From NCBI GenBank assembly GCA_902766015.1, contig CACXCC010000034.1, forward strand, positions 1 through 62,935: a DNA stretch of 62,935 bases, given 5' to 3'. Both the position numbers and the translations under genes were made by a program. Below the pieces are notes generated by a model. That model saw only the letters and a program-made list of their open reading frames with translations. It made no database searches and was not told where the DNA came from. This DNA comes from an uncultured Veillonellaceae bacterium. GTDB lineage: Bacteria; Bacillota; Negativicutes; Selenomonadales; Selenomonadaceae. This document shows, in pieces, positions 57,706-62,935 of the stretch (the first letter of the stretch is position 1; the number at the start of each line of letters is the position of its first letter).

Positions 57706-57754
57706 TGGTGTTGTAAGAACTAAGACTTCTAAAGAATTTAGGGGGTAATTTTCA

Positions 57755-58768
57755 ATGGCAGTAAAAGTAGCTATCAATGGTTTTGGTCGTATCGGCCGTC
57801 TCGCATTCCGTCAGATGTTCGATGCTGAGGGTTATGAAGTCGTCGCAATCAACGACCTGACGAGCCCGAAAATGCTCGCTTACCTGCTGAAATACGATTC
57901 TTCCCAGGGCAAATATGAATATGCTGATACGGTAGAAGCTGGCGAAGATTCCATCACGGTAAAAGGCAAGACCATTCGCATCTACGCTGAAAAAGATGCC
58001 AAGAACATCCCGTGGGCTAAACACGATGTTGACGTTGTCCTCGAATGCACGGGCTTCTATACGTCCAAAGAGAAAGCTTCGGCTCACCTCGCTGCAGGCG
58101 CTAAGAAAGTCGTTATCTCCGCTCCAGCAGGTAAAGATCTCCCGACGATCGTCTTCAACACGAACCACAAGACGCTGACTCCGGAAGACAAAGTCATTTC
58201 CGCAGCATCCTGCACGACGAACTGCCTCGCTCCGATGGCAAAAGCTCTGAATGACCTCGCTCCGATCCAGAGCGGTATCATGCAGACGATCCATGCTTTC
58301 ACGGGCGACCAGATGACGCTCGACGGCCCGCAGCGTAAAGGTAACCTCCGCCGCAGCCGTGCCGCTTCCGAGAACATCGTTCCGACGTCCTCCGGCGCAG
58401 CTAAAGCTATCGGCCTCGTTCTGCCGGAACTCGACGGCAAACTGATCGGCGCTGCTCAGCGTGTACCGACCCCGACGGGCTCCACGACGCTCCTCTACGC
58501 TGTTGTTAAAGGCAACGTAACGGTTGAACAGGTTAACGCTCAGATGAAAGCAGAAGCTACGGAATCCTTCGGCTACAACACGGATGACATTGTTTCGAAA
58601 GATGTTGTCGGCATGCGTTACGGCTCCCTCTTCGATGCAACGCAGACGATGGTTTGCCCGATGGCAGACGGCAACACGCTCGTACAGGTTGTTTCCTGGT
58701 ACGACAACGAAAACAGCTACACGAGCCAGATGGTTCGCACGATCAAATACTTCGCTGAACTGAAGTAA
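57755..58768 (+). CDS. gap: type I glyceraldehyde-3-phosphate dehydrogenase
   Basis: Motifs 'INGFGRIGR' and '[12 protein letters not shown]'. Confidence 0.97.
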   Translation: MAVKVAINGFGRIGRLAFRQMFDAEGYEVVAINDLTSPKMLAYLLKYDSSQGKYEYADTVEAGEDSITVKGKTIRIYAEKDAKNIPWAKHDVDVVLECTGFYTSKEKASAHLAAGAKKVVISAPAGKDLPTIVFNTNHKTLTPEDKVISAASCTTNCLAPMAKALNDLAPIQSGIMQTIHAFTGDQMTLDGPQRKGNLRRSRAASENIVPTSSGAAKAIGLVLPELDGKLIGAAQRVPTPTGSTTLLYAVVKGNVTVEQVNAQMKAEATESFGYNTDDIVSKDVVGMRYGSLFDATQTMVCPMADGNTLVQVVSWYDNENSYTSQMVRTIKYFAELK

Positions 58769-58804
58769 TTTCGGTCCTTGGCTGAACATAACAACAGATC
58801 CTTA

Positions 58805-58842
58805 GAGGTCCGGCCGCAGTTTGGGCCGGGCCTCAATTTTTT
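58805..58842 (+). terminator. hairpin plus U-tract between gap and pgk (attenuating terminator)
   Basis: GAGGTCCGGCC-gcagtttg-GGCCGGGCCTC followed by AATTTTTT. Confidence 0.6.
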
Positions 58843-58856
58843 GGAGGTTATTTGGA

Positions 58857-60068
58857 ATGGATAAGAAGACAATCAAAGACATCGACGTCAAGGGCAAAAA
58901 AGTATTTGTCCGCGTCGACTACAACGTTCCGTTCGATGCTGACATGAACATCACGAACGATACGCGTATGGTTCGCACGTTGCCGACTCTGAATTATCTG
59001 CTCGACGGCGGTGCCGCACTCGTCCTCGCCTGCCATATCGGCCGTCCGACCGAAGCACGTGAGCCGCAGTTCTCGACGAAACATCTCGTTAAACATCTCT
59101 CCGAGCTCCTCGGCCGTGAGGTCAAATGGGCTCCGGACTGCGTCGGTCCGGAAGCGGAAGCTCTCGCCGCTGACCTGAAACCGGGCGAAGTTCTGCTCCT
59201 CGAGAACCTTCGTTATCACAAAGAAGAGAAAAAGAACAATCCGGAATTTGCCAAACAGCTCGCAGCTCTTGCTGACGTTGCCGTTGACGATGCATTCGGT
59301 GTTGCCCATCGTGCTCATGCGTCAAATGTCGGCGTAACGCAGTATCTCGAAACGGTTGCCGGTTTCCTTATGGAAAAAGAGATCAACTACATCGGCAAAA
59401 CGCTCGAAGCTCCGCAGCATCCGTTTGTCGCCATCCTCGGCGGTGCAAAAGTTTCCGATAAGATCGGCGTCATCTCCAACATGGTTGACAAAGTTGACAC
59501 GATCATCATCGGCGGCGGCATGGCTCATACGTTTGACGCAGCACGCGGCCTGAACATCGGTAACTCCCTCGTTGAGCCGGACAAATACGATCTCGCCCGT
59601 GAACTGCTGAAGAAAGCAGAGGAAAAAGGCGTCAAAGTCGTTCTGCCGCTTGACCTCAAAGTTTCGAACATGTTCCCGGCTGACGAACGTTATGCAACGG
59701 AAGGCCGGACGAAGATCGTTGATGTCGATAAAGTCGAAGACGGTTGGGAAGCTCTCGATTCCGGCCCGAAGACGTCGGAAGCATACACGGAAGCACTTGC
59801 CGGCGCCAAGACGGTCATCTGGAACGGCCCGATGGGCGTATTCGAATATGATGACTTCGCCGGCGGCACGCTCGCAGTAGCCGAAGCTGTAGCAAAAGCT
59901 ACGGATGAAGGTGCTGTTTCCATCGTCGGCGGCGGCGACTCCATCGCAGCACTCAAGAAAACGGGTCTCATGGACAAAATTTCGCACGTTTCGACGGGCG
60001 GCGGTGCAACGCTTGAGTTCCTCGAAGGCAAAGTCCTTCCGGGTATTGCAGCAATCGCTGACAAATAA
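58857..60068 (+). CDS. pgk: phosphoglycerate kinase
   Basis: ATG 58857 after a GGAGG RBS. Motifs 'VRVDYNVP', 'GGAKVSDKI' and 'STGGGATLEFLEGK'. Confidence 0.97.
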   Translation: MDKKTIKDIDVKGKKVFVRVDYNVPFDADMNITNDTRMVRTLPTLNYLLDGGAALVLACHIGRPTEAREPQFSTKHLVKHLSELLGREVKWAPDCVGPEAEALAADLKPGEVLLLENLRYHKEEKKNNPEFAKQLAALADVAVDDAFGVAHRAHASNVGVTQYLETVAGFLMEKEINYIGKTLEAPQHPFVAILGGAKVSDKIGVISNMVDKVDTIIIGGGMAHTFDAARGLNIGNSLVEPDKYDLARELLKKAEEKGVKVVLPLDLKVSNMFPADERYATEGRTKIVDVDKVEDGWEALDSGPKTSEAYTEALAGAKTVIWNGPMGVFEYDDFAGGTLAVAEAVAKATDEGAVSIVGGGDSIAALKKTGLMDKISHVSTGGGATLEFLEGKVLPGIAAIADK

Positions 60069-60137
60069 TTTTTTCGAAGAGTCAATTCAGGATGAGAGCC
60101 TCCGAACGGAGGCTCCCTTATTGGGGAGGAAATAAAA

Positions 60138-60887
60138 ATGGCAAGAACTCCGATTATTGCTGGTAACTGGAAAATGAACAACACGATCGCACAGGGCGTT
60201 TCCCTCGTGAAAGATCTCGCTCCGCTCGTCAAAGACGCAAACGTAACGGTTGTTGTATGCCCGACGGCTACGGCTCTCGCTTCCGTTGCCGAAGCAGTCA
60301 AAGGCACGAACATCCATGTCGGCGCACAGAACGTTCATTGGGCTGATCACGGCGCTTACACGGGCGAAGTTTCCACGGGGATGCTGACGGAAATCGGCGT
60401 TGACTACTGCGTCCTCGGCCACAGCGAACGCCGCGGTTATTTCGGTGAAACGGATGAAGGCGTTAACAAACGCGCTCATGCTGCTTTTGCTGCCGGCATT
60501 ACGCCGATCATCTGCTGCGGTGAACCGCTCGAAATCCGCGAGCGCGGTTCTTACCTCGAAATGGTCGCTTTCCAGGTTCTTGAAGCTCTCGCAGGCTTCA
60601 CGCCGGAAGAAGTCGGCAAAATCGTCATCGCTTACGAACCGATCTGGACTATCAGCACGGGCAAAACGGCTTCGTTCGAACAGGCCGAAGAAGTTTGCGA
60701 TCATATTCGTCAGACGGTTGAGAAAGCATTCGGTAAAGAAGCTGCCGAAAACATCCGCATTCAGTACGGCGGCAGTGTCAAACCGGCTACCATCAAAGAT
60801 CTCATGAAGCAGCCGAATGTCGACGGCGCACTCGTCGGCGGCGCTTCCCTGAAAGCCAAAGACTTCAGCGAAATCGTCAACTACTAA
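60138..60887 (+). CDS. tpiA: triose-phosphate isomerase
   Basis: Motifs 'IAGNWKMN', 'VLGHSERR', 'AYEPIWTISTGK', 'QYGGSV'. Confidence 0.97.
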   Translation: MARTPIIAGNWKMNNTIAQGVSLVKDLAPLVKDANVTVVVCPTATALASVAEAVKGTNIHVGAQNVHWADHGAYTGEVSTGMLTEIGVDYCVLGHSERRGYFGETDEGVNKRAHAAFAAGITPIICCGEPLEIRERGSYLEMVAFQVLEALAGFTPEEVGKIVIAYEPIWTISTGKTASFEQAEEVCDHIRQTVEKAFGKEAAENIRIQYGGSVKPATIKDLMKQPNVDGALVGGASLKAKDFSEIVNY

Positions 60888-60925
60888 TTCGTGTTTCACG
60901 GAATTAGAAGGAGAAGAAATCGATT

Positions 60926-62455
60926 ATGGCAAAACTCAAAAATGCACCGGTCGCACTCATCATCATGGACGGATGCGGTCTCGGCGGCAAGCTTGACAAA
61001 AGCAACGCGGTAGAGGCAGCGAAAACTCCTGTTCTCGACGGTCTCTTCGCAAACTACAATTCCAGCCATCTTCAGGCTTCCGGCGAATTTGTCGGCCTGC
61101 CTGACGGTCAGATGGGCAACTCCGAAGTCGGTCACACGAACATCGGTGCCGGTCGACTCGTTTATCAGCAATTGACGCGCATCACGCGTGACATCAAAAA
61201 CGGCGACTTCTTCAAAAACAAAGTCCTCGTCGGGAAGATGCAGGAGGCAAAGAAAAACGGCGCTGCCGTTCATCTGCTCGGACTCGTTTCCCCGGGCGGT
61301 GTTCACAGCCATCAGGGCCATCTTTACGCTCTGCTCGAAATGGCAAAACGCGAAGGCGTCGGTGAAGTTTACGTTCACGCATTCCTCGACGGACGTGACG
61401 TTCCGCCGCAGAGCGCTCAGCCGTACCTCGAAGAACTCGAAGCCAAGTGCAAAGAGATCGGTGTCGGTCAGATTGCGACAGTCAGCGGACGTTATTACGC
61501 GATGGACCGCGATCATCGTTGGGATCGCGAACAGAAAGCATATGAAGCGATTGCACACGCCGAAGGCGTTTCCGCCGATGATCCGGTTGCGGGACTTAAA
61601 GCCAGCTATGCAGAAGGCGTCAATGACGAATTTGTCGTTCCGTTTGTCGTCAGCGGTTATCGCGGCATGAAAAACGGTGACACGGCCGTATTCTTCAATT
61701 TCCGTCCGGACCGTGCACGTCAGCTCACGCATGCGTTTGTTGACGAAACGTTTGACGGTTTCGAACGCGATGAAGACCTGAAGATCCCGTTTGCCACGTT
61801 CTCCCAGTACGAGGACGGCATGAATGCGGATGTCGCTTTCCCGCCGGAATCGATCGAAAAAACGCTCGGCGAAGTCATTCAGGACAACGGTATGACGCAG
61901 CTCCGTATTGCCGAAACCGAGAAGTACGCGCATGTCACGTTCTTCTTCAACGGCGGCGTCGAAGAACCGTATCAGGGCGAGGATCGCATCCTCGTTCCGA
62001 GTCCGAAAGTCGCAACGTATGACCTCAAACCGGAAATGAGCGCCGTTGAGGTCACGGACAAAGTCTGCGAAGCGATCCGTTCGGGCAAATACGACTTCAT
62101 CATTCTGAACTATGCCAACTGCGATATGGTCGGCCATACGGGCGTTTTCCCGGCTGTTGTCAAAGCGGTTGAAACCGTTGACAGCTGCGTCGGCCGTTTT
62201 GTTGCAGCCATCAAAGAAGCCGGCGGCGAGGTCTGCATTACGGCGGATCACGGCAATGCCGATAAGATGATGGACTACGTAAACAACCAGCCGTTTACGA
62301 AGCATACGACGAATGCCGTTCCGTTCATTGTCGTTTCCGACCGCGTCAAGTCAGTCGCTGACGGCGCCCTTTGCGATATTGCTCCGACGCTTTTGACACT
62401 CGCCGGACTCGATATCCCGAAGGAAATGACGGGCAAAAACCTCGTCGAACTTTAA
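60926..62455 (+). CDS. gpmI: 2,3-bisphosphoglycerate-independent phosphoglycerate mutase
   Basis: 509 aa. Motifs 'GNSEVGHTNIGAGR', 'LNYANCDMVGHTG' and 'ITADHGNA'. Confidence 0.95.
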   Translation: MAKLKNAPVALIIMDGCGLGGKLDKSNAVEAAKTPVLDGLFANYNSSHLQASGEFVGLPDGQMGNSEVGHTNIGAGRLVYQQLTRITRDIKNGDFFKNKVLVGKMQEAKKNGAAVHLLGLVSPGGVHSHQGHLYALLEMAKREGVGEVYVHAFLDGRDVPPQSAQPYLEELEAKCKEIGVGQIATVSGRYYAMDRDHRWDREQKAYEAIAHAEGVSADDPVAGLKASYAEGVNDEFVVPFVVSGYRGMKNGDTAVFFNFRPDRARQLTHAFVDETFDGFERDEDLKIPFATFSQYEDGMNADVAFPPESIEKTLGEVIQDNGMTQLRIAETEKYAHVTFFFNGGVEEPYQGEDRILVPSPKVATYDLKPEMSAVEVTDKVCEAIRSGKYDFIILNYANCDMVGHTGVFPAVVKAVETVDSCVGRFVAAIKEAGGEVCITADHGNADKMMDYVNNQPFTKHTTNAVPFIVVSDRVKSVADGALCDIAPTLLTLAGLDIPKEMTGKNLVEL

Positions 62456-62503
62456 CTTCGTGTATTGTTTCAGTGTATTATGTAAGAAGAGAGGAATACA
62501 ATA

Positions 62504-62935
62504 ATGATTGCTTATTCACAGAAAGTGAACGACATGGCATGCGTAGCGCAGGAAGTACATCACGGCGCTGCTCCGATTCCGGAAGAAGGCAAATGGGTCA
62601 AATCCAAGAACATTCAGGATATCAGCGGCCTGACTCACGGTGTCGGCTGGTGCGCTCCGCAGCAGGGTGCCTGCAAACTGACGCTGAACGTCAAAGACGG
62701 TATCATTCAGGAATGCCTCGTTGAAACGATCGGATGCTCCGGCATGACGCACTCCGCCGCAATGGCAGCGGAAATCCTTCCGGGCCTCACGGTTCTCGAA
62801 GCACTCAACACGGACCTCGTCTGCGACGCTATCAACACGGCAATGCGCGAGCTGTTCCTCCAGATCGCTTATGGCCGCAGCCAGACGGCGTTCTCCGATG
62901 ACGGCCTGCCCATCGGCGCTGGCCTCGACGACCTC
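62504..62935 (+). CDS. NifU-N-like Fe-S scaffold-domain protein, 3' end cut by window edge
   Basis: ATG 62504 after a GAGAGGAA RBS, open to the last base (144 codons), so it is absent from the stop-delimited ORF track. Cys pattern 'GWCAPQQGACKL...ETIGCSGMTHSAAMAAE' resembles NifU/IscU N-domains. I did not verify the family. Confidence 0.5.
   Translation, partial: MIAYSQKVNDMACVAQEVHHGAAPIPEEGKWVKSKNIQDISGLTHGVGWCAPQQGACKLTLNVKDGIIQECLVETIGCSGMTHSAAMAAEILPGLTVLEALNTDLVCDAINTAMRELFLQIAYGRSQTAFSDDGLPIGAGLDDL

Noticed and set aside
60896-62305. 469-aa minus-strand ORF antisense to gpmI
   Set aside because: gpmI motifs on the + strand are unambiguous, and the antisense translation is low-complexity.

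Overview
This 62.9-kb window reads as chromosome from a diderm (LPS-bearing) Firmicute, most likely a Negativicute. I infer that from the gene content and synteny, not from any search. Nearly everything is on the + strand.

(1) nt 1-30.2 kb is an outer-membrane biogenesis supercluster:
- tamB (5' partial), then a sigma factor and a candidate anti-sigma factor.
- bamA, an unknown OMP-like gene, and three tandem Skp/OmpH paralogues.
- The complete Raetz lipid A pathway: lpxD, lpxL-like, lpxC, fabZ, lpxA, lpxI, lpxB, msbA, a waaA-lpxK fusion and a second lpxL-like gene.
- The CMP-Kdo pathway (kdsB, kdsA, kdsD, kdsC).
- lptC, lptA, lptB and one lptF/G gene, followed by a DUF3084 gene.

(2) 30.2-33.6 kb holds a YqgF-like nuclease, dCMP deaminase, a WecA/TagO-like transferase and UDP-GlcNAc 2-epimerase.

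(3) 33.7-35.1 kb is an eroded TetR/HlyD/ABC-2 efflux locus.

(4) 35.2-42.6 kb is a full F1Fo ATP synthase operon (atpZ, atpI, atpBEFHAGDC).

(5) 42.9-47.1 kb contains:
- a minus-strand ACS-type MFS transporter behind a clear T-box leader;
- a small membrane protein;
- an AcoR-like AAA+ activator that lacks the GAFTGA sigma-54 contact motif.

(6) 47.1-55.8 kb carries trmB, ftsW/rodA, a ygbA-like gene (-), a tight cluster of 5 DnaA boxes, then a yaaO-like decarboxylase, tmk, rnmV, ksgA, nhaC and a PHP histidinol phosphatase.

(7) 55.9-57.5 kb has a 45-codon SCIFF (six-cysteine) precursor ORF that is missing from the ORF track, plus its radical SAM/SPASM maturase.

(8) 57.7-62.9 kb is gap-pgk-tpiA-gpmI and a 3'-partial NifU-like gene.

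I recognised no rRNA, tRNA, CRISPR array, IS element or prophage. All family assignments come from motifs read by eye and still need HMM/BLAST confirmation.
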